Shown piece after piece: positions 23,013 to 35,700 of a stretch of 64,000 nucleotides of DNA. Source of the DNA: Elsinoe ampelina (taxonomy: Eukaryota); assembly GCA_010093995.1 (NCBI GenBank), contig ML992502.1, positions 1,344,711 through 1,408,710 on the forward strand, written 5' to 3'. The notes beneath the pieces are model-generated. The model did no database searches, was not told the origin of the DNA, and saw only the letters and a list, made by a program, of their open reading frames with translations. How positions within the stretch are numbered: the stretch's first letter is position 1; each line of letters begins with the position of its first letter. A program made the translations under genes and the position numbers.

Positions 23013-23531
23013 ATGGCCGATCTCGACTATCTCAAGCCCACGAACGTCGACCTTCCGAAGAAGACCTTCACAGGCTCATGCATGTGCAAGAAGATGACCT
23101 ACACGGTCGATTTGGCACTCCCGGAGCAGCCTCTCGCCCAGCGTTGCAATTGCACATACTGCACCAAATCTGGTCAGGATGTGTACAAAGTCCCTGGCGA
23201 GGACTTCCACCTCAAAACACCTTGTTCCACTGCTGAAGCGATTGCCGATGACAACACTCACGGGAAGAGGATGGGTCGCTTCACCATTCGAGCAAGCTCA
23301 CCAAATCTTCATCGCTACTTCTGTGATCAATGTGGCAACTTGGTCTTCACGGCAGGCTGGTTCGAGTACGAGGGTCACAGAATCGACTACTTTGGCTTCA
23401 ATTCAAAGACCCTGGACCAGCCTCAAGAGGGATTGGACTTGAGCAAGTTCAAGTTCGACTACTTTGATGGCTTGAACGGTAATTACTTCGCAAAGAAGAC
23501 GGATGGACCTCATCCGGGAGGGACCATCTAG
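23013..23531 (+). CDS. GFA / CENP-V (Mss4-like) zinc-binding protein
   Basis: FTGSCMC...RCNCTYCTK...HRYFCDQCG cysteine pattern; ATG in CACCATGG context. Confidence 0.88.
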   Translation: MADLDYLKPTNVDLPKKTFTGSCMCKKMTYTVDLALPEQPLAQRCNCTYCTKSGQDVYKVPGEDFHLKTPCSTAEAIADDNTHGKRMGRFTIRASSPNLHRYFCDQCGNLVFTAGWFEYEGHRIDYFGFNSKTLDQPQEGLDLSKFKFDYFDGLNGNYFAKKTDGPHPGGTI

Positions 23532-23859
23532 GATATTTGTCAGGGGAGGTCATTCCATGAGACGAACAGAAGAGACTCAGTTGGGATTGAAGTGAGAGAA
23601 AGGTGTATCGTAGGGAACCAGCCCCGTGTGACTACCGATAGTCGAGCTCCAACATGATTCTCCCGTTTCCAGTGTCTGACTTGTTCGTGTGTTGTGTCAC
23701 TCTCCCTTTGAGTTGGTGTGCCACAAAATTTCCAACTTTCCATGAACTCAATGAAATCTAACACTCCTACACGCCAGCTCCATTGACGCGGACCCCCGCT
23801 GTTCCTCCTGGTAGTGACCTCCCATTCGTGGAGGGTTTGGCTAGAAAACACATCATGTC

Positions 23860-24777
23860 ATGACCGCCTCACGAAAAGCGGTCGCCAGGACCGCCTTGCA
23901 CAAGAAACACATAACGCCACACAAAAAGGCCATACCAACACCCGGGAAGAAGCACCCGACCAGCAAGGCAAAACGCCAAACGACCGAGAAGCAACCTCAC
24001 AGCTCCCCGAAGCAAAGCACGACCAATGACACCCCCACCGACCCCTCTCCCGACCCCTTTGACCAAAAATCCCCCATCCCCTTCGACTTCACCAACGACT
24101 CCATCCTGCTAATCGGCGACGGCGACCTCTCCTTCGCTCACTCCCTGGTAACCCACCACATCGCCCTCAACGTCACCGCCACAGTATTCGACACCGAAAC
24201 CGAGCTCGAAGCCAAATACCCTCAATCCACCACCCTCATCACCTCGATGCAAACCGAAGAACCCTCCACCACAATCCTCTACAACGTCGACGCGACCAAG
24301 CTCCTCTCCATCAAACCTCTCAAAGGCAAGGTCTTCGACCGCATCGTCTTCAACTTCCCCCACGTCGGCGGGAAGAGCAAGGACGTGAACCGTCAGGTGC
24401 GTTACAATCAGGAGATGCTAGTGGGCTTCTTCGGGCAGGCGAAAGAGATGTTGAGCGAGGAGGGGAGTGTGATTGTGACTCTCTTCGAGGGGGAGCCGTA
24501 TACGTTGTGGAATATTAGGGATCTGGCGCGGCATAGTGGGTTGATGGTGCAGAGGAGTTTTAGGTTCGAGGCGAGGAGGTATCCTGGGTATGAGCATAGA
24601 AGGACGTTGGGGAATATTGAGGGGGGTGGCGGGTGGAAGGGGGAGGAGAGGGAGGCGAGGTCGTATGTGTTTGTCAAGAAGGAGGAGGGCGGGCAGAGGA
24701 AGAGGAAGAATGGGGGTGGGGATGGGGGAGGGGGAAAGAGAAGGAAGGGAGGAGAGAGTAGTGACGATGAGGGATGA
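23860..24777 (+). CDS. BMT5: 25S rRNA (uridine-N3)-methyltransferase Bmt5 family (DUF2431)
   Basis: ILLIGDGDLSFA, VDATKL, FDRIVFNFPHVGG, RYNQEMLVGFF, VTLFEGEPY..WNIR, YPGYEHRRTLG. Confidence 0.92.
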   Translation: MTASRKAVARTALHKKHITPHKKAIPTPGKKHPTSKAKRQTTEKQPHSSPKQSTTNDTPTDPSPDPFDQKSPIPFDFTNDSILLIGDGDLSFAHSLVTHHIALNVTATVFDTETELEAKYPQSTTLITSMQTEEPSTTILYNVDATKLLSIKPLKGKVFDRIVFNFPHVGGKSKDVNRQVRYNQEMLVGFFGQAKEMLSEEGSVIVTLFEGEPYTLWNIRDLARHSGLMVQRSFRFEARRYPGYEHRRTLGNIEGGGGWKGEEREARSYVFVKKEEGGQRKRKNGGGDGGGGKRRKGGESSDDEG

Positions 24778-24847
24778 AAGTGCGGACATTGACATCGTTG
24801 GTATCGCGAAGGCTATGTACAGGTAAGGCCGACTGTGTAGCTGGAGT

Positions 24848-26150
24848 CTACGAGATGAAGACTTTCTTCAGCTCGTACTCGCTGTATTCCTGGCTCACGT
24901 CGGTCGGATCGCGGATCCTGCCCTCTGGCGTCCCCAGCTTCTCGTTCATCGCCATCAACCTTTCTCGACCGTAGATGCGCCCATTCGGGAGTACGACCGG
25001 ATCGTTCTCGACATAGCTCTTCGAATGATGTGCATACGGCACGTTCCGGGCAAGTTCGTTGAGCTCAGTCGAGCATATAGGGCAGACCGAAGTTGTCGTA
25101 GAGGAGGCGTTCGAGGAGGCGGAAACATACTCCGAGTGGCATGAAGGTGTCTTGAGTGCCGAGAGTCCAGCAGACAACGCGATGTGCAGAAGTGGATGAG
25201 AGGGGAGCGAGAAGATCTTCTCGTATGTCTGCACGAAGAGATTCGCCAGGTACTCCCAGCGATGTGCCGAGTACAGTTCCTGCTCCGGTCAGTATCGGCC
25301 TACGCACCGGACCAGTCGACTTACTCGATATGGCTCAGTCAGAGTATTGGAAGGGTATGCTAGAAGTCCACCAGCCCTGAGACCGTAAAAGGTATCCTGC
25401 TGTCCACCTAGATACTTCCTCGCGTGTAGTGTAGCCTCAATCAGCTTCGACGTGTCCCCATTCCTTGTCATCTCAATCATCTGCTGCAGTCGTAGCTCGA
25501 GCTCGAGATTGCTCTCTGCCTCCTTCAAGGCTCTTTTATTCTCTGCGCACCATGCTAAGGCATCAGCCGTCCTTCCGCTTCGCAGGCTGCTCTCGACCGC
25601 ACTGAGAGCGACGAAGGCATTGACATCCACGAGCTCCTGAATGCCTCGCTCTTCTGCAAGCATCTTCGCGCTCTGCACATATCCTAGTCTCAGCATATAG
25701 TCCACCAGCATGCGGTCCAATCTCGTCTTGCTCCATCGGTCGAATTTGACATCGGCCAGTGAAGGTATCTCGTGCAGCTCCTGCAGATGTTGTAACCGTG
25801 CTTTCTGCTGGCTCTGTATGGCCCTCTCTTCGGCATGCAACGTCTCGAGCTTCCGTTTCAGATTCTGAGCTTTGTTCAGTACTGCATCCAATGATGCAAC
25901 TGTCGCAGCTGCTGAGCTGGTGGGCTTGAAGGCGGCTTTCTGTGCGGTCTCGAGGGCGACATTAGTGTCCGACTGAAACTTCTCCAGGAATGTCCTTGTG
26001 CTTCGTAGATTCTTCCGAGCTAATTCATGAGGCAAGCGAATGAGGGGTTGGTCCTAATTAGGTTAGAATCTGTGATTCAAAGTGAATGAGATAGCTTACC
26101 AGAATCAGGTGCGCGTCTGCATTCAGCTTTGTAGTGGTGACTTCGGCCAT
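24848..26150 (-). CDS. FYV10: GID/CTLH ubiquitin ligase subunit Fyv10/Gid9 (MAEA); 2 introns
   Basis: LisH RLDRMLVDYMLRLGY, CTLH ALAWCAENK...LELELRLQQ, CRA LSAGLSALKTPSC, degenerate RING CPICS...VPYAHH...PVVLPNGRIYG. Confidence 0.92.
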
Positions 26151-26699
26151 GCTGACGATCTATCATGCATGAACGTACAGCGTGTGGCCTTCAGTGAACC
26201 GTGTGGTAAGCTGGGAGGAGCGGAGGTACCGGCGGAGGTACCGAGTGACGACCGGCGTATTGATAGAGGTTGCCTTAGTCAGCCGATTGATGCCCCTCCG
26301 TCAACGAGAGATCCTCTCGCCCGTTTTTCTGAATTAGCTCTCAGAGGAGTATCTCAATCACAATCATGCATTACTCGAAATTCGCCATGCATTACAGGCA
26401 TGCTGGAGCATGGCGGGGTCGACCATCCAGTGGCGGTGCATTATGCGTGCCGAAGTGGCGCTTATGGCGTCGGCGCTATCTTTCAGCTCGAGGCCCGTCT
26501 CTGACTTGCGCCAGCCTTTCTACCTCCTCTTGTAAGCTGCTCTATCTCATTTCCATTGCATTGCACACATCCGACATTGGTTTGAGACGTATTGTTAAGC
26601 AATTGGTGCAATGCTATGTCGCTTCCCTGTTGCATTGCCCCTGCCCATAGATCATGCTTCCGTTTCGCGGCATGAGGTCCTCGCAGCGACTTCGTATTC

Positions 26700-29600
26700 A
26701 TGGCGAAACGCAAAACAACCTTGACTACTCGCACACACGATGACTATCGCATCGGCATTGTCTGTGCGCTCGACTTTGAGCAGGTCGCCGTCCTGTCTAT
26801 GCTGGATGAGACACACGACGATCTCAGGCGGATTCATGGAGATGGCAATCGATATAGACTGGGGTCCTTGAGTGGCCACAACGTCGTCATCGCATGTTTG
26901 CCTGCTGGACTCATAGGGACCACGCAAGCGTCGCATCTCGTTAGCGACATGGGCCGATCGTTCAGCAAATTGCGATTTGTACTAATGGTAGGCATTGGAG
27001 GTGGAGTTCCAAGCCAAACCCGAGATATGCGGCTCGGGGACATCGCGGTCAGCGTGCCGAGTGGCAAGCATCCTGGATTGGTGGAATGGGATCGAGGCAA
27101 GCTCGAGTCGCATGGCTTCAATCGGACTGGATCTTTGAACATACCACCCTTAGAGCTTCTTCATAGTGTACAAGCACTGAGGGGAACGCACATGACCGGT
27201 GACAATAGACTCGATCAGCATATCGAAAGGGCAGCGGTTCAACACCAAAGCCTTAAAGAGACACTATTCTCGTTTCCCGGATACCAATGGGATCGACTAT
27301 ACGAGGCCGACTACTCCCACGGAAATGCGACGACTTGTGCTCAATGTGACGTTTCACGTACGATACCCCGCGTTGATCGTGGTGGTAGGACACCTCAGAT
27401 ATTCTATGGCAACATCGGCTCGGGCGATGAAGTTATCAAAGAAGGACTTCAGCGCGATGCCATCGCTAAAGATAGCGACATCATTTGTTTTGAGATGGAG
27501 GCTGCAGGTATCGCGGGTATTCTTCCTTACCTGGTCATCAGAGGCATATGCGATTATGCCGACTCTCACAAACACAAGCTGTGGCAACCTTGGGCCGCTG
27601 TTACAGCCGCCGCCTTTGCCAAAGAGCTTCTGCGATTTGTGGAATCTGATGTGGAAGGTCTTGACTCAAGCACCACGAGGATACGTTCCACCAGCGTCGC
27701 TTTGCCCGTAATATCAGTGACTGGACCCGCGACCATTGGTATTGGCGGTCCTGCCACAGGCGGAAATCACGACCGGAAGGGCCATGCGGCTAGACATGAG
27801 ATCACTGCTGTTGGCGCACGCTCGGCATCGCCGAAGAGAAGCCGTGATGAGGCTGAGCAAGAAGACACCGACGACGGCGATTCCAGCTCGATTGGCCACA
27901 GTTATGACGAGATGTCCTCTTTGTCGGAACGTAAGAAAGGTAACACACACCTGCTAGACCTCTGATTCTAGCTGACCAAATCCGCAGCCTGTCTCGATTC
28001 ACTCTCTTTCCCAGGCATGAAACTTCGCGAATCAGACATTAACCGCAAAATCCCTCGCACCTGCAATTGGCTGCTAGAGAACGATACTTATAAAACTTGG
28101 GAATCAGAGGCAGGCTGTCTATGGCTGAAAGGAAAGCCTGGAGCTGGAAAATCAACCATGATGAAATTCATCGTTGATACTATGCGACGGCAGCGCCGTA
28201 AAAGGACGATAATAATTTCTCATTTCTTTGATGCACGACGGCCCGGACTTCAGAAGACCAGAGCTGGTCTACTCAGAGCACTCCTGTATCAGCTCCTCAT
28301 CAGAGCAGAGGATTTGCTTTTGGACTTCCTTGATCGATGCTTGGAACGACGCATTGACGAGAATTGTGATCTCGAAGATCTGGTCTGGCACGAGAACATA
28401 CTCGAATCAGAACTCGAGCTCATCATTCAGAACGCCTCGACGACCTATTCTGTCATCATACTTGTCGACGCTTTGGACGAGTGCCGTGGAGATGTCATTA
28501 CTACCAGAAGTATTTCCGTATATCTGAATGATCTCTGTTCCATTACCGAGGACTCCGAACACCCACTTGCAGTCATCGTTGCTTGCAGGCCGTGGCCTGA
28601 GGTCATGAGCGGATACGACCACATCATAACAGTCGACGAGTGCAATATTGAGGATGTGCGGACTGCAATATCGCATCGCCTAAAAGGTCAAGAACTCCCT
28701 CAGCGTGAAGTCGCCAGTATACAACGACGAATTGAGGAGAGGGCTTCTGGTGTTATTCAATGGGTGCTCCTAGTGGCAGCACGAGTGGTGGAATCCACCA
28801 TGAATGGAGCCGACGAAGAGACCATGATCAAGGTGATCGACGAGGCTCCTCAAGAGCTGTATGAAATCTACGGGCAATTACTGGCAACACTATCAGATGA
28901 TGAAGCGGAGAAGACTCGTCACATCATGCAATGGGTTTGCCATGCCCGCACTCCACTGTCTCTGGACGATTTGCGCGTTGCACTTGTCATGGATACAGAT
29001 CATCTTGCCAGTACTGCGGAGGGAACAGTGCTTCTCCATGAAGGCTGCCGAAGTGCTGAAAAGATGGGGAAACGAGTGAAACTGTTATCACGAGGGCTTC
29101 TTGAGACAAAGTCAAAAGATGGTCGGCGACATGTGCAATTCATGCATCATTCAGTCAGGGAGTATATGATCGCTCATGGGTTGAAGATCTTGGACAAGGG
29201 AGCCACCGTCTCGACTGATTCTCTAATCGACTGGACTGCGGCACCTTCCGCTGAATGCAGGTTGGCACTCGCCTGCATACGATACCTGAATATTGACGAG
29301 ACCGTCGGGAGTATACAGCCCCCAGAAGATAGTAGACGCACTTTGCAACAGAGAGGCTTCCTGAGATACGCTGTGATGCATTGGATGACTCATGTCAACA
29401 TCGCAGCACACAGCGAAGAGGAGATGGCTTCAATCATAGACGGGCTTGAAACGTGGACATCGCTGACCATCGCAAGCTGGATTGCATACTACGAGACTGT
29501 CTGCGTCGATGCAGATCTGCCAAGCAATTTCGTTGCTGGCATGAATTTGTTAAACATAGCTGTAGAAGCCAATCTTTCCCACGTTGCCAGGGTCATCCTT

Positions 29601-30913
29601 TCACGTGGACGAGCTTCTGGTAGGTCGTCGAGTCTTACGCGGTTCACCCGACTGACACTGTGGCAGACCTGGTCACGAGCTCATATAAGCAGGTGTGTAG
29701 TAGCATCAGCAACGAGCCAATGGAGCTTACCGCCCTCCATCAGGCTGCATACCTTGGACGCACAGAAATTTTGCGCATGATTCTCACGCGGACAGGCAAG
29801 GCCGACGTTGCACAGCGCCAATCTCATACTCCATTTCTCCTTGCCGCCCATGTCGGGCATGCTGAAACCCTTGACAGCTTGCTAGAGCATGGTGCGGCAA
29901 TCGATCAGAAGGATATCAATGGCCACGAAGCGCTTCATATTGCTGCCAACAAAGGCCACACCGAAGTCATTCGTCTGCTACTAGATCGCGGGGTAGATAT
30001 CAATGCTGTGGCGAGGACAGGGTGGACAGCTTTGACTGCAGCTGCGTGCTGGAGCAACTGGGGCATTGTGGATCTGCTGCTTCAACGTGGTGCCAGATAT
30101 ACCGCTACAGTAGCGAGACGGAAGCAGGATGGCGCGGCACTCCGACAAGCATCGTGGGAAGGTAAGGCCAGCGTGGTCAAGACGCTGCTCGAAGGCGGGC
30201 TGGACCCAAACTTCCCACCAGATAGCGTCAGTCCCTGGGTCCCAGCTCTTTATGCAGCAGATGGCGGCCATGGCAGCATTCTAGACCTTCTCGTCAAGCA
30301 CGGTGCCAACATACAAGTTGCCGACAAAATGGGCAACACGCCTCTCATGGTCGCCAGCCGCAATGGCCATCACCCATGCGTGCAATTCCTGCTCAATAAA
30401 GGCGCACCCGTGGACCACCGAGATCTTGAAGATCGTACTGCTCTCCATGGAGCAGCGAGGAAGGGCCATTACAAATGCGTCAAACTATTGCTGCAGGCTA
30501 AAGCTGAGGTCAACGCTCGCGATGTCAATTACTCATCGCCGCTATTCCTTGCCGCCAGCAATGGGTTCGCCGAAGTGACTGAGCTCCTGGTGCAAAACGG
30601 GGCAGATATCGAGAAGCGAGATGCCCAAGACCTGACACCTTTGATGGCTGCGGCATTGAGGGGTCATCTGGAGGTGGTAGTGGCACTACTTGATCACGGA
30701 GCACATTACGAGACAACGGGATACACACCAGCTGTGACACCGTTGATGTTGGCAGTATCCGCGGGGTACTTGGACGTGGTGGAGGCCCTTCTCGATCATG
30801 GCGCAGATGTCAATGTTGTTGGCGGGTGTGACAATACGGCTCTGCGCGTAGCAAGGAACGGTGGGCGAGACGAAATTGTGGCACTTCTGCTTGCGAGAGG
30901 AGCGACTCGATGA
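26700..30913 (+). CDS. Fungal NLR: PNP_UDP (nucleoside phosphorylase) - NACHT - ankyrin repeats; introns 27940-27987 and 29620-29666
   Basis: PNP motifs YRIGIVCAL..E, LMVGIGGGVP, CFEMEAAG, VIRGICDYADSHK; Walker A GKPGAGKS; Walker B IILVDALDEC; FMHHSVREY; roughly ten ankyrin repeats. Both introns join the three ORF-track pieces in frame. Confidence 0.93.
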
Positions 30914-33792
30914 AGCCAACACAGCTGCCCCTACATCTTGAAACCAGCAGGCATTGCCTAGCCACGAGGAGGACACTTGATGAAGTCTATTCGGGAGAAG
31001 AGACACACACTGTGCAAGACACCGAGACGGATGGATCATACCTAGACCATGCCTTGATCACCTCCTACACTTCAATCCCACTAGTGTCACGTTTCTTTGA
31101 CCTTTTACGATCATGCCTCACACTCACCCTGCCCCAACAGCATCCTCTCCAGACACTCCCGCTTCCAACCGCTAGAACACCAGCAGAATCTTCCACCCAA
31201 GCCTCCATGACCCAAAGCCACACCCTGCCCAATGCCCCCTCACACCGCCGCACCCAGTCCATCTAAACCTACCACTTCGGCTACCCATCCGAGCAAAAGA
31301 TGAGCCGCCAATCCCACCCCCACAAGGCAGGCGAGAAAGCCTCACCATCGCAGATCAGAGATTTTCCGTTCGGCCTGACCCGAAGCAGAAGCACACAGAA
31401 GCCACATGCAGAAGCACGGTAGTGTCAGCAATATAGCAGCTGTGGAACCACTCGGAGTTCGCTACCGACATGAGGTTTGATTTTCGAACAAGATCCGAGA
31501 CGCTAGGGGTCTCCGACGATGCAGGGACAGGTCCGGGAGCGAAGTATATGCATGTCATGATTAAATGTCCGTGAGCGCGAGGGAGACGAGGCGATGTTGG
31601 ATGGCCTATAGAGTGAGGCCAAAAGGTAGGGGATCCACTTTGGGCCGACGACAGCCGCGGGGGGCAATTTTTACGAAAGCATCTAAATGCCATGCCATTG
31701 GGATATGCGGAGTTGGGGGGGGGGGAAAGTCTGACTGTGCTTTCGGAGGTGTCAGGAATGGTATCGCTCATGCGGCATTTGCTCGTGCGTTTGACCGTGC
31801 GGCGTTGGAGGAGAGCGGATTAGGTAGGTGGGAGCAGCGAGGGGCGGCACGGTATGAGCATTTGCACATGTGGGCAAAAAGCATGGGACTGTTTGACGTT
31901 TGTTGTTGGTCGTTGCGGAATTGGTATGGCTGAAGTGGACCGCTGAGCTGAGATGACGGATAATCCTTCCCGTGAGTGGCAGGCAGAGGAGGAGGTGCAA
32001 TTGGGGGTTTTGCTCGCAAGAAAAATAAGGTGCAGTGTGTAGACTTTTCGGTGGACGATGACTAGTTGGTTGCTATTACAGCTAAAGAACGCTGGAGCAC
32101 AACAATAGGTTTGTGCTGATCGCCGTTCGTGCATTGATTTGTGCTGGGGAAATTAAGCTCAAGGATGGACATCATGACTGCAAGGAACAGACTTGTCAGG
32201 TTGTCTTGTCCTTGGGTCCACAAGCAAAGGTCAAGAAAGACAAGATGTACAGCCACTTCGACCAAGACTTGCTTAGGCATGGCGGAAGTGGGCATCGGTG
32301 ATGAGGGCACATCAGAGGACAGGTTTCGATGTTGTCTGAACAATTAATATCAGCCCTGGTCAGAGCGAGTGGAAGGTGAGCGCGAGGTGTCGATGCGCAG
32401 TTTAGCTCGAGATGGTGCCGAATGCATGTTCTCTGTATGCTTGTTGTGTTCTTTGGTGATATATTTACCTTTTAGCCATTCCATTGGTGTCGTTAGGTGA
32501 AGGCAGTCCGCTCTATAGACAAAGTGGCGTAACCAGCGACATGTTGTCTACGGAATGTCAAGGATGGCAGTGCAGACATCCCTCGGATCGAGAGGAAGCA
32601 TAGCTACCACACCTTGATAGGGGCAGCACGTAACTTAGCGGAGACCCGAGCACAGCAATCCACGGCTCCATACAATCGTTGAACCTTGATGTTCGCTTTG
32701 TCTGGAGTGAGCACGTTTTGCTAACTCGCAACGGTGTGGAATCCCGTGTATTGTGACTGCCAGCATCGTGGCTAGCATCTACGTTGGGTCCGTTGACATC
32801 CTTCGGCACTCTATTCGTTGCTACGAAGCGTTCTGTCACATCCCTCTGTGCCTCGTCTTGAAGAATGCCTAGGGCGGCATGTGCGACCGTAATGCAGCAG
32901 TATGTGGTAGGAGTTGCACTGGCCCGTGGTCGGCAGCCGATGAGTCAGGACGGCGTCGACAATATTGCCCACTGTTATTGGATGCGGCCCGCCCTCCATC
33001 GATGAGACACGAATGCAAGAACACTAAAAGACAAACATTGCCATGGCGTGGGTTCCCATTCGCAATCATGTTTATGACTCCAGTATCATGTGAAGAGTCT
33101 GTTTGACCGACATCGCCGGTTCCGTGGCTTATTCAGGCTTCGTGGTTGTCACCAAATCCAGCGAAGCGTCCCAGTGTCTCCGCCAAAGTCAAAGTGAGCC
33201 CCAGAGTCGAACACGTGCTAAACAGGATTATGCTTAGATCTCGACGATCCGCTCTCGGAAAGTTTGCGTTCAGTAAAACATTGCGAGGTTCGGCAAGCTA
33301 AGACCTTCTCTTCAGGGCAAATTCGATCACGACTGCCTAGCAGCACGTGCATGGCGTGACGGTTCATGGATCGACGCAAGCGTCCCTGCTGAATCCGAGC
33401 CCTTCTGCTGACATGCAGGCTATGAGGGCTCAATGGCTGCTGCGATGAATGGGACCACCGTGGTAGTTATTTTGTGTGGCGGACGGACTCGGACAGCGCG
33501 GAGAGGTAATTTCCCAGGCGTTCTCAGCAGGCAATGAAGGGGCCTTGGCCAGCGGTGGATTGGGAGCATGGCTGACGTTAGGGCGGAATGGCACACGCAG
33601 GCGACAAGACAGACCAAGCCAAAAAATCAAGCACAGAGTCTTAGCCATTGGCTAGGCTCTTGGCCCGCCGGGTGTCCCCAAGCTTTGCGACTCGATTCAG
33701 CCGAGAGTGCCCTGCTGGCTGAGATGGACCACAGGCTACGAGTACCCATGGCGTTGAGTTGGATGGCATGAACGACCTGACGGTCGTCGAGA

Positions 33793-33826
33793 CGCCCCGG
33801 CAAGTGTGTTTACACTTGCCGGGGCG
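33793..33826. repeat. Perfect 15-bp inverted repeat with 4-nt loop
   Basis: CGCCCCGGCAAGTGT-GTTT-ACACTTGCCGGGGCG. Confidence 0.9.
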
Positions 33827-35700
33827 AAACGGATGGCTTTGGTTCCCATCACTTCGTCAAGAGTTTCGGACGGAAGCACAAGATGACGCTAGTGCAGTGG
33901 CATGTGCGCTATTTAAGCTTGAAAGGCAAGGTTAACTTAGGTCAGACTTTGTGTCCAATCGCCCCTCGGTAAGATGCCACTTGGCCGGTTTCATGACACT
34001 CGCGAGAGGTGCAATTGACGACTGATGGTGCGTGTTCGCCTGGTGGCTTGATTTGAGATCCAGAGATAGCAGTAGAATGGAGTCCTCCATCCACACGCAT
34101 TTAGCCAGTCAGACGCGTGGAATGACGACTGCGGTTGACCCTAGACACTCATCGATCCCCGTGGCATCGAGTGGTCGAGAAAGGCTCAGGGCCAAGCATT
34201 TGTCCGTCGATGATCATTGCCGCAAAGTACCGTAAGGAGGTGCCAGGATCGGCGAGGCTGTCAAGATATCGGACGCACCAGTGCACATCTTTCCGCCTGG
34301 AACGCCGGTCTAGGACACGGACAGAACGAACCGAGGGCGGAGGAACTACTGAAATTGCGAGGAATGTGAACTCACTGTGAATTCGACAGCATGCTGGTCT
34401 ACCACACGAGAATTTTGCATAGCGTGATCAACTCAGACCATCCTTTCGATATGTTTCTGTCCCATTGACGGACCCGACGCATTGGGCCAGCAAGGAAATG
34501 ATCGAGCGAAACGGCTTGCAACGGACGTGATGCGTGACAGCACCGGGGCAGGTGAAGAAGAGAAACAAGCGAGAGTGGCTGAAGGTTAGCCAGGGTGGGG
34601 ACACATTGGCGCGTGGAAAGGATCGAAGGGCCGCCAAGCCCAAGAAGCTTGGTGAGAGCGCCGGGAAAACAGCATCGACGTGCCTGCCTGCCCTGCTGAC
34701 GACAGAAAAACCAACACCATCTTCCATTAGAAAGGCCTCTCCGCCTCCGGTTCTCACTTTTTCTCTCCCCATCACCAGCCTCACACCTCTACCACACACA
34801 AGTATAATCACACGCGGACGTTGAACTACATCGGTAACAAACGTCGAGTCACGAACCGGCTATTCGATTCCCTCCCTCTCAGCAAAGCACTTCCGATACC
34901 GCCACGGCGCAACGACGCCGGCCAGGATCCCCTCTGCGCCGACTCCAACTGCCTCCAATACTCAGCCATCAACTACCAGCACAGACACAACTGCTAGCGT
35001 CAACTGCTTTTTCACCGTTTCTTATCGTTCAACCACCAAGCTTCCGCCATCACACGTGTCAGTGGGGGCCAGACGTTGACTCCTCCCGTTGCCCCCTGGA
35101 CGAGCACTAGCTTGCTTCTTCCCATCACCTTCTTCGCTGCGCCATTGTGCGTTGTAACAACTGTAAGTTTCGTTTTCGTTGTCGGCAGTTCCCTGCATAT
35201 ACCATCCTTGTCTGCGTCATCGAGTCAAAATACCCGACGGTCATCTGTCAGGCGTTGCTCCCGCCGAGTCTGAACAAGCCCACGATTCGACATTCCACAG
35301 CGTAATCAGGGGCCCTCTTTTGTACGGCACTTGCGCCTGCCTCATCCTGCCCTCCCTCCACTGGTTCCATCCGCCGAGACATTCGAGGTACCACGGTCCA
35401 GCTGGCGGTCATTCAACGTTATTTGAGAGATTGTTCTCTGTCAACGCCTTGAGACACCCATCGACCATCTTGCTTTATACTCGGCACTATCTGCAAGCAT
35501 AAACCATAACAACTTTAAGCAACAATTGTCTCTGTCCTTCCCGCGCGAACCGACCTTAAGTCGCCCACAACCCTGACTCTTGACAATTCTGTTTTGTTTC
35601 TACACCTGTTCTTCATTTCCGTCATACTGCTCAACCAAACTCTGTCCCAAATCTGACAATGCTCGAAAGACAGGTCACCTGCTTGGTGCCGGGTATCAAC

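Noticed and set aside
26082..26700. Separate amyloid-signalling effector gene (HeLo/HELL/gasdermin) beside the NLR
   Set aside because: No such ORF is recognisable on either side, and the NLR carries its own PNP effector.
30910..32360. Short ORFs downstream of the NLR (30910-31266 +, 31355-31771 -, 32062-32343 -)
   Set aside because: No motifs or consistent splice model. A small orphan gene cannot be excluded without RNA data.
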